Positions 52,318 to 64,000 of a stretch of DNA of 64,000 bases are shown here, piece by piece. The stretch is taken from positions 11,222,001 through 11,286,000 of the forward strand of contig OZ249445.1 of NCBI GenBank assembly GCA_965235115.1. Direction: 5' to 3'. The position numbers and the translations under genes are program-made. The notes under the pieces are model-generated. The model worked only from the letters and a program-made list of their open reading frames with translations. It did not search any database and was not told the origin of the DNA. Position 1 is the stretch's first letter. The number at the start of each line of letters is the position of its first letter. Source of the DNA: Laetmonice hystrix (lineage: Eukaryota).

Positions 52318-55300
52318 GTGAGTAATGTGGAATTAATTCTCAACACCGTATAGTTGATAAGATGAAATATCAGCCCCATGAAATGTTATTAATTTTCTCT
52401 GATATCTGTAATATTTACACTGCCATTTTTGCCAGACGATCATTTTTGTTTCACCCTTGTGCAAAGTAGAGATGGTTGAATGTAGAGAGTATTTCGACAT
52501 GGGTCCTACCGTTAATCTTTATCTGCCTGTGTCTAACTTCTGCCAATATGTAGAGGTAGAATGTGCTTGCCGTAAGATCACCCCAAGGAGGTAGAAGCCT
52601 ATGTCAAAAGGAAGGCAGAAGAACAAACAGGTGAATGATAAAATGGTTCAACAAGAATAGCTAGAGAAGGATGAGATGAGTGTGCTGACCCTGTGTGGTC
52701 CACATCATCCTAACGAAGTGATCTCTGATGATGCCCTGTGTCAGGCAATGGGATTACATGTAGTTTGGTTGAGGATTGATTGGTTGATTAAAGAGAGATG
52801 AGAAGGAATCCTACTCTAGTCCTAGCAGCATTAGAAAAGGCATATGGCTGGTAACTCGTTTATTTGCTCCCTGAAATTACAAATTACTTGAAAGCAGATG
52901 TTAGAACATCGTTGTTTTAAAGATATGCATGTAAATGAAAGACTTCTGACTCATTTGATGAAAAAATAAGGACACATGCCTGCGTAATCAAAACTTAGAA
53001 ATAGTTTAAAACGAGATATAACCCTACTAATGAAGTGTAGACAGATCATGACATTCTAGTAAATGAAAACTGCCATTCTAATACGGTTCTCGGCGCTACA
53101 TGTGAATGTAGACTGGTCAACAGTAACCCTGATGGAGGAACATATTTTTATCCTAGAATAATTCTTTACATGTATTATAAAAGAAAGTACTGTCCAGAAA
53201 GTCAACCCAGGAATGCTGTACTTAGAGAAATCAACAGCGAGGGTGTCAGAGTATCTCTGAGTGCCAGAACAGGATGGTACCCTGTCTGTAGGTAATTAAG
53301 CCTGACTAATTAGAGCCTAATCTCTAAGTGTGGCACAGTAGGGCTTCTGATTGGATGTTGCACAACCCTGGAAGTAAGCTCGTGAGGAGGGGACAGGGTG
53401 TGTGGGTGTGGGGGGGGGGGGTGGATGGGGGGGGGGGGTGCCCACCATCAGGGCAGCTGGACCGAGCCCGAGCCAGAGAGACTCGAGAGCTCTTGGCACT
53501 GGCCATGGGCTCCAAGTGCTTCGAGGGCTCTGATTATCGAAGCGCTTTTAGAGCACTTCCTGTGCTTGTATCGCGTGGAGTGCATGGTCATGTCACGACC
53601 ATAGACAACATGGCCAGTAAATGGCCGCCAGGCTGTGGCCACCCCCGGCATGGGTTGGAAAGTCACATCGAGAGGCCAACACCCACCACCACCGCCACCG
53701 CCCTCGTCCCTCAACTTGGGGCCTCATTTTATACAGACTGCTGGGCGGGCAGGGAGGCACATCACACACTGGCCTGAACGTAGGCTCACGTCTGCAACTC
53801 AGTTTGTAGAGTATGAGGTATACGTAGGAGCATTACCTGTGCCAAAATAGGAACCGGCGGGAAAACTTTCAACGCCATTAAATATGAACCTTCCCATACT
53901 CTTTGCCTGCCAAAAATTATTGCTTACTGAAACTATCCAATAACTATCAAACGTGCATCTAGTCAGAAAGTCTGGAAATCCGTTGTACATCAAGAATGAA
54001 TGAGAAAGTAAAATCTAATCAAATATATATATAATTAAGTAAAACCACTCGTATCCACTTCCAGGTGAGTCTGTGTTCTAAGCCAATGCATTATTCTCTG
54101 TGAACCAGCCATAGAAAATGAAGTACGTACTGTAGAGTTTTTATAGCAAGGTGAGGTGGAGTAGTTATTATCTTTATTGATATAGTCATTGAAAGCTATA
54201 GGAGGGTATGGTGAGAGGGTAGTTAGTTGTATAGGGGTGTCATGTCTGCCTTGGTGTGGCTGGACTGGCCCAGAGTGTCTGTGAAAGCTTACAGAGGCAG
54301 CGACTGCACTCAGCACGGCTGACACATGTGTTAAACACTGCCCCGGATGAAAACATCGCCATTAATGGAATAACCAAATTAATGGACACACACAAGATTT
54401 GTGCAAGCTTTTCCATTAGTGCGTGTTGTCGTTGGGGGAGACGAGGGGGGTCCGTGAAGGAGGTTACTTCACTCTCGGAGGCTGTCTGTCACTACCCCCC
54501 CCCCCCACACACACACACATACTTCACTGCCTTCCAGCACAGATAAACCACAACGTTCCCCCTTCCCTAAAGTGGAGGAAAGGTTCATGAATATGTATCA
54601 CAGTTAGCCTTTAGCTGATGTACAAGATTTATTTGAAGAATTATTGAGAGTCATCGCATGAAAATCACTTTGGAATATTTGGTATGTTATGTTATTACAA
54701 AAACTCCCTCTGCATCAACTTGTATCAGCAAGATTGTACACGTGTGCATGTATAGAGGTACAATTGTCCGTGCAATCGGTATATTGTTAACATCTTCAAT
54801 TTGTTATGTTTTAACGTTGTAACACATTATTTGGCTACGTGTGGGGAGTGGGAAGTTGGGGGGGGGGGGTGACATCATCGTTAATGACTGCCTCCTGTAT
54901 GTGTGACGAGGTGTCATTCCGTGTAGATAGATCTCTGAGCACGACTTGAGCACGGACCTGTTCCGGTTGTCTGGCTGATTCCAAATCTCATACTTCAAAT
55001 TGTTCAGCCAACCCTGAGACCAACTTTCAAATCGGGAGCCAGTAAAGGTCACGGCACCGATAAATGATCGGAACAAGAGGGGCGGCAATGCCCCCAAAAT
55101 AAGATGTTGGGGCAGAGTATCATTTAGCTTCTCCCAGACTCGGTTGTTGTCAAGGTGGGCGATGAAGGGCCGTGAAAGGTGAACAGTCAGTGAAGGAGGC
55201 TGATGAGGGCTAGAGTAGTCAGTGAAGGCATGGGACTAAGGAAAGTGTAGGAAAACTGATGGAGGGTAGGATAGAACTGATGAAGGGCAGGGCAGACGGT

Positions 55301-57225
55301 GACAAGCAGTACATGGGAGGAGTCGATGACTGTAGGACAGTCAATGATGGACAGAGTAGGACAGGTAAGAAGGGGAACAGGACCGTCCAGCATTGTATGA
55401 ACAATTGACAGGCGGTAAAGTACAGGGGGCCAGCTAACATCAGTGTCATGAGTGTTATGTGGTCTGTTATTTATTACCAATGGGATTGCAATTAACGGCG
55501 AGTTGAATCAATCACAGCTGATTCCTGCCCAGTGTCATCGCTGTCCTGGGTGAGGTCCTGCGCCCCCTCCCCCCACCAGCCCCATCCCACCCCACCCACC
55601 CACAGTCCAATACCCGGCACTGATATTGGCAAGAAAATTAAATTTGTCGACAGTCATTGAGGTTCGCCTCTCAGCTAATACCAGCTATTATCGGTGTTAT
55701 GGCGGGAAGAGGATGGGTCATTACACCAAGTCTATAATAGAGTTTATGATGAATCCTACCACCTTCTGCACCGTGTTGGCCCATTCCTACAACATCCCAC
55801 CTCGTCAGCTCATGCTGCTTCAATAGTAACGCTCTCACCCATTTCCGTCCAGAGCCCCTCTCTTTGTAATCACTCAATTTACTTTCATAAGTTTTTTCCA
55901 GCCAGTTTCACTCAATCATCGGTCAGAGTTGGGCTTTTCGTTACAGTATTGACATCCTTTGAAAGCAATCGGGCTAAGTAGTCACAACATTGTTGTTGCC
56001 TAATCAACAGTGATTCTTCATTAAATTTTGTTGAGATGAGTGTGAGGCCATGCGATAAACATGTACTTGTCATCAGTAACAGTTGACTGGTTTTGGGCAG
56101 GCCTCATTCTGAGGGACTTGGGGGGAGTAGGGCAAGCCGATTGGAGATTTGCGGAGGCCCACTTTTAATTGAATTCCGTCAGAGGGTGGTTTCTGTGACT
56201 GCCTCGCGCCGCATCTATTGTTGAGAGCCCCGGAGCCTGGCATCACCATCACCATCCGGGGTAAGGCTGCCTCCCACACGTAACGTGAACTAAGTCGTGA
56301 TGGAATAGGTCAGTGAAAAATTGAACATGAAAGCTTTCAAGACCACGTGCCTGACAGCTTGTCTATCGGGGGAGGCTAAGTGATTTCATTACACAATTTT
56401 CACTGTGGCGCAGCGTTGATTGGACCGGCCGAGCGGGCTGACTGGGACTTGATGGCACTGAGACTGCAGATCGGAATCGGCGGGTGAAGGGATAAGCCAG
56501 CCCCAGGCTGGTTCATCGCTCCAGTAAGAGCCCCCCAGGCTTGAGAGAGTCGTACGGCGGAGACCGGTCGGGAGTGAGTGGGAGCCACCGAGGGTTAGCG
56601 TGTCTGCCATTACACCGGGTGGCCAGCCATGTGACAAACGGCTCCTTGATCCTTCCCCTACTGACTCAGGAAAGGAGTAAGCTACGGAGACTTGCCAAAT
56701 CATAGCCGTCTATTTATTGTGAAGAGAGAGTAGCATGAAGGCCCTGGGGCCGGGAGCTGGAGGTCGAGTTAATGCTCAGTGTGAGGACTAGGAGACCGCT
56801 GGAGAGAGACCGTTTATATCTGGGGTATCGTGGTCCACGCTTGGTGCTGGGATAGCATGGATGTTACAGCGGCGAGCGGCAGATCCCGGAGCCGACTTGA
56901 CGAGCTGCTGATTGTGTCACTGTCAGCGTCATCTTAAAGTGGCCCCACACAGAATCACCGGTTGGCGGGAGTGAAGGCGGGCCACTGTCAACCCAGCCAG
57001 TAACAGGCGTGTCACCCTTCATATTCTGCTACCGGCACAGCATCCATGAACGGAGCTTCAAACCGGACGTCAGTGCCTGCATTACAGCATCCAGGTGTTC
57101 ACTGCCGCACGTGGTAATGTAGAACAGGTGATGTGAGCATCACAAGCCGGCTTCTTTCCTTCTCGGGCTTCGGGATAAAGACAGCATCTCCTTCCCCTCC
57201 CTCCCCTGCCTCCTCCTTCACCCAG

Positions 57226-57230
57226 GCTCT

Positions 57231-57298
<68 letters not shown>

Positions 57299-57402
57299 CG
57301 CTGTCGACGGAGGTGGTCCCTGGCACCACTGGCGGCACCAGAGGCACCGTCTCTCCCCACCAGCGGACTGACAGACACCCCCGACCTTGGCAGGAATGTG
57401 TG
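57226..57402 (+). CDS. Possible 177-nt exon (phase 0-0) encoding AL-Q22-SLSTEVVPGTTGGTRGTVSPHQRTDRHPRPWQECV
   Basis: About 40-nt pyrimidine tract ending CACCCAG at 57225, donor GTG|GTAAGG at 57403, open frame. An alternative phase-1 acceptor at 57184 would add ASPSPPSPASSFTQ. Could also be an intronic microsatellite. Confidence 0.3.
57232..57297. repeat. (CAG)22 pure trinucleotide repeat
   Basis: 22 uninterrupted CAG units counted directly. Confidence 0.98.
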
Positions 57403-60285
57403 GTAAGGACCACTCAATCTTCTACTCCTCTTTTGGTATTAAAGTGCCTGAAACGCTTGCTGCCACAGCTCGGAGGCAAGAAAAAGACCGCGCCTTGGGG
57501 GGTCAGAGCATGCAGAATGTCGTGAAGGGGGCATCCTCCTGGAAGAGTTTAGTATACTCCAGCCAGGGGTGAATGATACTTTGGGCAAGCTCTGACTCTT
57601 CTCTATCCTTGACATAATAAAGACATCACAAAGTGTACCGCTCTCTATGGGTAGTGGTAGTGGGAAGGGGGGGGGGGTCTGCTGAAGCCGTAACTAACCA
57701 GACAGACCACTTTTGTGGCGCGAGGAACCACAGCAGACTGTCTCCGGAGGTGGCACGGTGAAGCCGCACAGTCTGGGAGTCGCAGATTGAACATGTCTGT
57801 CTCTATAACCTGTTGTCCTCAACACATTGCATTGTTACCTTTCTTCTTGAGAATCCTTACAGTTACCGTACGTACTTTAAGAGATGACAAAACATAAATG
57901 GGCTCTCCTTCACCGACAATGTTTAATCTTTAGTTTATTAACTTCTAACCCGAGTTTTTCTGACTGCAAGTTACTTATCGTTACTTACACATCATGGCTG
58001 AAATCGATTTAAAAGCATGGCATTGGTTTGATACTCCTGAGTGTCTTGTCAAGTAGAAAGACAAATGAGGTCTCTGTTGGCATCATTATTTAAGTATAAA
58101 GGTTCAGAAAATGTGTCTTTTTGGTAATTATACTTAGATTTAAAATACTTTTTCCGGATTCAGAAATGTAAAAAAATTATCTCAACTACTGGTCGGACCA
58201 AAAGCATTGCAAATATTAACGAATTAATGTGGTAGGTACCATTGGTTTTTGGTACATTACGTACTACCAGTGACCAAATTATATAAGGGCACCATAATTT
58301 GTAGTGTATTATAAGGAGTATCGCTAACATCACTCTACCATTACTGTATTGATTATTAATTATGGAAAGTTTAAAATGTGAATTCTGAAGGTATCCATGG
58401 ATACAGGGCATAATGGAAAGTGCAGGTAAAGTTAGAGTGTGGGAGTGTGTGTGTCAGCCTGCATGTGGTTGCTTGCAGCCTGCTGGCAAGCCACTTAGAC
58501 CAAACCACATTTGCCACTCGGCTACCCTCCGACAGCCTCCCCCAACACTCAACGAGAGGCAGAAAGGCACACAAAGTATAAAACCTTGTACGTGTTCTGC
58601 TGCTACGACGCCTGTGAAACATACATGTCAGCTTGATAAAGAGAAACTCTAGGTTGATGGGCGTTAAAGCCAGCCCTCATTATGCCACAAAATGGGAGGC
58701 TGCGTTTTGATGGATGTTCGAACGGTGTTTCATAATTGGACGGTGTGAGGATGGAAACATTGACGCTGAGCCGGGAGGCCGACAGACATGGGTTTTTCAT
58801 ATAGCGCCGAGTGCAAGTCGAGAATGGTGATCATTTGGGGCATTTAGGTAATGAAGGAGTCTTGTCCCACTAAAAGTCCTGATTGATTTGTAACGTCCGT
58901 AAATCAGTGGCAGACAAAGTGATCGTCACTGGGATACTGGAGGCTCTATCAGCTCGTCACCAGAGGTCGACCACCCAGCCGAGAGGCGGCACAGTTTGCA
59001 CTATTGTATTTGAGTGAATCACTTGAAAACCGAGAGAGGCGGCCGCTTTTAAATGGATCTCCTGCTCAGTGAAAAAGATTAAGTTCACATTAACGTGAGA
59101 AAGTCCAGAGGTAGAAGCTTGACATAATTGCTGAAACTTCAGTTTGGTGGTGTCATTGAAGACAAAGTCTGACATTACACACAGGGTTTCAGTGAAAAGT
59201 TCCGATGCTTTTTGGCCGAAGGGGGAAAAGGCAGCGTCCTTGCGTTCTATCGTTATGCCATATTATTTTGCACGAGGACTGTTTGATAGCTGATGCCTTG
59301 AGATCAGTTTCTTGGTAAGAACATCAGAGCGATTACTTGACCTGAAGTGTAAAATGACCAAAATCTCCTTAGGAAGATTCGTGCGGCTTTTAAAGGAACT
59401 CTTTGATGGAGGTTTTATCGTCAGTAAATCCTCTTTTGACAAATTTTCTGTGTCTCTGCCCTTACTTAATATCTTATGGATTAGGAAAACTTTTATCCTT
59501 TGCTTGGTATCATATGGACTACATCACAGGGCTTGGAGTAAAACAATGATTCTGGTTTTGGGGGAAAAATTAAACATTTATGAGAGGGGAGCTCTGATAG
59601 CCGTGGGCCTACAATTGCATTAGCTTAGGTGCTTTCAGTGTAGCCTACTCTGTGAACAGTCGTGAAGCTGTCAGCCTGCTCCGATAGGGCACCACAAAAT
59701 GTGGACAAGGCACATAGTAGGAGCCGTCATCAGTGTACTCGCGGCCTGTTTAGATAGCCTTATTTACTACAACTGTTACAGGGTGCTAACTACACTCCGC
59801 CCTTTAGGACGTCACGTAAATATTCAGTCCAACATGCCCTCCTCTCCTGCGTCTCCTCCTTCGTGAAGAGACTTTTATGGAAGCGTTTCAAACCAAGACA
59901 AGCGTTGGTACTACTAGGGCGATACAGCTGTACATGCAAATCAGTCCGGTTCCGTCCCGATGTCATTCAAGTTTAAAACAGTTATGGGACTTTCTCGAGC
60001 ATAAATTAATGTTAAATCCAGTATCTGTTACAATTGTGGGACACATGTCGGTTAAAACCAAAGACTTGGCACTGAAACGCATCATAAAAATCCAGCTAAA
60101 ATTTCAGGAACACAACAGAGTAAACAGAAATACATGTCGCTGTCTGAATGACGGTGTTGTCATGTGACATTTAAATCCTTGCTGCTGTATAAAGAAATAA
60201 TCATGTTGCACAATGTAGATAAGAAAGGGAGAATTGAATTGCAAGTCGTGTATGATTCCATGGAGAAAGATGGCGAGTCAGCCAA

Positions 60286-60645
60286 GTAAGAAAGAACTTT
60301 CTTCTGATGGTGATAATATCTAGGTGTAAGAAAGAACTTTCCTCTGATGGTGATAATATCTAGGTGTAAGAAAGAACTTTCCTCTGATGGTGATAATATC
60401 TAGGTGTAAGAAAGAACTTTCCTCTGATGGTGATAATATCTAGGTGTAAGAAAGAACTTTCCTCTGATGGTGATAATATCTAGGTGTAAGAAAGAACTTT
60501 CTTCTGATGGTGATAATATCTAGGTGTAAGAAAGAACTTTCCTCTGATGGTGATAATATCTAGGTGTAAGAAAGAACTTTCCTCTGATGGTGATAATATC
60601 TAGGTGTAAGAAAGAACTTTCCTCTGATGGTGATAATATCTAGGT
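60286..60645. repeat. Minisatellite, 9 x 40 bp (GTAAGAAAGAACTTTCCTCTGATGGTGATAATATCTAGGT)
   Basis: Nine in-register units that are identical except for a C>T variant in units 1 and 6. Confidence 0.99.
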
Positions 60646-61934
60646 GTTCTACGACATGAACACCGTTTGTGTGGTCTTTAAACGTGATCAATTACATAGA
60701 GAATGTTACTGGGCCTTACACCACCGAGAATATACTGTCATGAACGTCGAACGGAATCAGAGCTCTCCGTCAACTGTATCTTTGACGTCAGCAAACCTGT
60801 TGAACAGGTCATGTTCGTCGTTTCTGGAAAGGGGAGTTCCAAACGGCATGGTTCTCAAAGTCAAACAGTCAGTTTCTCTATGATACCGTATCTAGTCTTG
60901 AAAAGAGAATACAATTCGTTCACAAAGAAATGAGACCCTGACAGACATAGCGTGTGGTTACAAGAAGATAGATTTAGATGCACACTTCGTACTACCACAG
61001 GAGCCTCCTGTGGTAGTACTCGTGAGAAGCCGGTACTGGTGTACAGAAGGCGTACCGGGCCTAAACACAGAGTCACAGTTGTGTAATAGTTACCTTTAGA
61101 GAGGAAACCCCAAAATGGTGCTATAATTTGACCTTTGCTGCAAGCTATTTTGAAGTTTTATCGGTTATCTGGTATTCCAGTGTAAGCACTGTACCTCCAA
61201 ATTAACGACACGTACAGGCAGACGTTTATGCAATTGTATGAATGAAATATAAGGTGGAGGTTTTCTGAGAGTGCATTTACTTAAATTGATTGCGTTATTT
61301 CTGGCCAGAATGAACGAAGCGAACTGGGACCGCATCCTGTTAGTTCTGGTGCTCATCAAGTAAATGATCTAAACCAATCAGGTGCAGCTGCAATCAACTC
61401 CAAGTTAGGGGCTGGCAGGCTGCACCAGAGTAAGGAAGCATGTACAGCATATTGGTCTTAATTTAATCATCTTGCCATTCTAGTGTGTTTGTGGGACAAC
61501 ATCCCTACGGTATCCAGCCTACATGAACATCATAGTGTCCACTTCTAACACCAGTGTACCCCGTCTCCTAGCGGCAGACTGTGTACAGTAATAATGTTAA
61601 CGATCCAGCATGGTCAGGCCATTCATTGAATTCTCCGACAAACCACCATCAGTACTATTACTTTAAAAGTCAAAGGAATCAGTTGTGTTTTCTGGCCTTT
61701 TCTCCATGGCCACATTTTATTCCGCTTCCCTCCTTTGGTTGCTTTTAAATCAGTACAATCAAAAGAAATATTTTACTTTTCGTTTGAAACGATGCAAGAT
61801 TGCCTGAAGCAGCGGAATAGGAATTGCAAACTGCTATACTCGTGTTACCATTCTCTCGTAATTTCCTGTTGTGAGATCATAAGGTTTCCACATTTGTCTG
61901 TGTTGTTGCCTCGGCGTTGTTTTGACAGATGCCA

Positions 61935-62223
61935 GGCCCCGGTTTCAAAAAGGCCCTAAGCAGCAAGCTTTAAGCTAAGCAGAGCCACGGCAGCCCATTT
62001 AAGACATAGATCTTTAGTGTTTTTAACTTCCTAGATTGTTTTTTTTAATCGATATTTTCACAGTGATAATAATTTAACCGTGGTGGTAATATTTTCACCG
62101 CGGTGATATTTCCACTGCCGTGAAAATGTCCGTAAAAAATCGATGTAGAAAGTTAAAGTGTCTGTGTCCTCGTGGGCCACCGTAGCCCTGCTTTAGCTTC
62201 AAGCTTGCTCTGAAACCGGGGCC
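61935..62223. mobile_element. Foldback MITE (289 bp) with GGCCCCGGTTTCA termini, possibly PIF/Harbinger-like
   Basis: Perfect 13-bp TIRs at 61935-61947 and 62211-62223. Imperfect inverted symmetry continues inward (GCAAGCTT..AAGCTAAGCAG vs CTGCTTTAGCTTCAAGCTTGC; TTTTCAC vs GTGAAAA). No clear TSD. Confidence 0.8.
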
Positions 62224-63692
62224 ATGAGAAGGACTTTAGATATGTGTCTGAGACAAACTATCAGAAAGGAGTCTGGTAGTTAGAGGGATGAGAACAATGA
62301 TGTCGGATGTTTACAGTCCACCAAGCACTCAAAGCTTTGATCCAAGATCATATAGAAGGGAAGCTAAGGGCATTATTCATAATTAAAGTGGACAGGCCGT
62401 GGAGGGTGAGGTGAAGCGGGGTTGTGGGAGAAGGTTGCAATCAGCCTGGCTCCTCTGTCCACATTCTATTAGGGTTTTCAAGGCACGCAAACAAGCAGCT
62501 CAGCTTGGAATGAATTGGCAGCAAATTAATTGGCCACACTTCGTTAATATGACTTGATTGTCTCTATTGTTTTGGCCCACTGAGCCCCCTGGGGCAGCAT
62601 GTTGATGAGGCAATTGCAGTTGGTCTGGCCTGCTCTTCGGTGCCATGAATACCCATTACAACAAAACACAGTATGCATCCAAAGAAAGCGTGGACCATTT
62701 TTGCCTATGTCATAGTTGAGGCTGTAGGGTCAGGGAGCACGGCGTGTGGGGGTCGTAACCAGGGTGACATGTTTACTGAGACCGTCTGATGTCGCCCCGA
62801 GATGGGCCAAGCCAACAACGTCTTGACTGGGCGCCATTATGGGAAACTCGTATATTGATTTGTTTGTAATTTCCCTAATGCATTTGTGATACAATCCAAT
62901 TGTCGAACATGCAATGCATTTTAGGGCTACGAGTGAAGAGGTGCCATTATCTACTGGTCTGAAAACCTATTATCAAGAAGCATTAAGACGGCAGCCATAT
63001 GCCTGCAAGTGCACTCCCCCCACCCACCAAACTTGCACTTACGCCTAATACAAGACCGCTGTGTAATGCCCACAACAGTGCTGATGCATTTCAGCCTTTG
63101 CCTCGAACCACTTAACGTCCATACTGAAGCGGGCCGTGAGCACGTTATCCTCATCATCCGATGCTGGCCAAGTTGGAAAAGCATGTTCTGTTCGCTAAGG
63201 ATGCCACATCCGACGCCGAGTCGTGCGTTGATTTCACATCGGACATTCGTGTCACGCGGGCCCACTACTTGACCAACTCTCTGCCTGTGCCCACCGTGCC
63301 CGCCTTGCCCGCCGCCAGAGGTGGACGCAGCCGGGCATCCGATCAGCACACTCCCACTCCCATTCCAATTGCTACAAATGGATACAAACTAAAGGATGCA
63401 CCAAAACTTGCTCCACCTTGGCCCCGCCTCAGCTGCCATTCTCCCCAAAAGGTGCTTGAACTTTGGCGAAGTGGACGGCGAGGGCGGCCGTACCCGTGAT
63501 TACCGGTGAAACTAAAAGGGGGCCCAGGGCTAAACGTCCTGCCGAGTGTCCTTTACTGTAAAGTAGGTGTGAAATATGCACGAATTGTTACTAACTTTTC
63601 TCCTTCTTTGCATACCACAAACAAGTAGCCAAGCTTCTGCTTTTTTACCTCTTTTGGGACTGTCCTTATAAAAATAGGAACGACAAACGCAA

Positions 63693-63788
63693 AGAGAAGA
63701 GAGAGTACAAGGAGAGAGAGACAGAGACAGACAGAGACAGACAGAAAGAGAGAGACAGAGAGAGACAGACAGATAGAGAGACAGAGAA
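63693..63788. repeat. GA/GACA compound microsatellite
   Basis: AGAGAGAGACAGAGACAGACAGAGACAGACAG... read directly. It creates the SLCLSL minus-strand ORF. Confidence 0.92.
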
Positions 63789-64000
63789 AAGGGGAGGGTG
63801 CAAGAAAATGGTAACGTCAAACTTTTAAATCCAGGGACACTGGATGCGTGAGGATGTTTTCATTACTGTCAAGTAGAGTGCATGATTTGAAGTTAATTGG
63901 ATTGCTGAGAATTTAAACGAACGGGGTTGTGGGCCTGCCAGACGTGAAGTACTGCGTAATCTACTGCCATGATGAATTTAACATTAAATTGTCTAACATT

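Noticed and set aside
57082-57417. Minus-strand poly-Leu (signal/TM-like) and poly-Cys ORFs
   Set aside because: They are antisense readings of the CAG repeat, and I noticed no supporting minus-strand splice or gene signals.
62951-63499. Overlapping 87-132 aa ORFs near the window end
   Set aside because: GC-rich region with ORFs on both strands, no recognisable domain and no convincing splice sites.
1-64000. Conserved miRNAs, tRNAs, snRNAs, rRNA
   Set aside because: A by-eye check for well-known mature miRNA sequences, the tRNA T-loop (GGTTCGAATCC) and the U1 5' end found no full matches. An Infernal/tRNAscan run could still find something I missed.

Overview
This looks like animal (probably invertebrate) nuclear DNA: roughly 40-45% GC by eye, CpG not obviously depleted, no operon-like structure. 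No ORF exceeds about 150 aa and none resembles a protein family I recognise, so no gene symbol is given. The best reading is that most of the window lies within very large introns of one + strand gene. Two small exon candidates have strong splice signals at both ends and lengths divisible by 3: 9922-9960 (39 nt) and 52282-52317 (36 nt). A promoter-like region ends in ATGACCAGAGGCTGCGAAG|GTAAGT at 33024-33042, a candidate alternative first exon in the same phase. A (CAG)22 tract lies in a possible 177-nt exon at 57226-57402. Both micro-exons start with a donor-like hexamer directly after the acceptor (AG|GTGAGT, AG|GTATGT), and an exon-less AG|GTAAAT site occurs at 24667/24668; this resembles recursive-splicing sites. 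Other content: three exact CTCF core-consensus matches, an RFX X-box cluster, several MITE-like inverted-repeat elements (one nested), three minisatellites, one repeat-spacer-like array that is not CRISPR, and microsatellites. All exon and regulatory calls come from motif reading by eye and need RNA-seq or homology confirmation. I found no rRNA, tRNA, CRISPR-Cas or intact transposase/RT.
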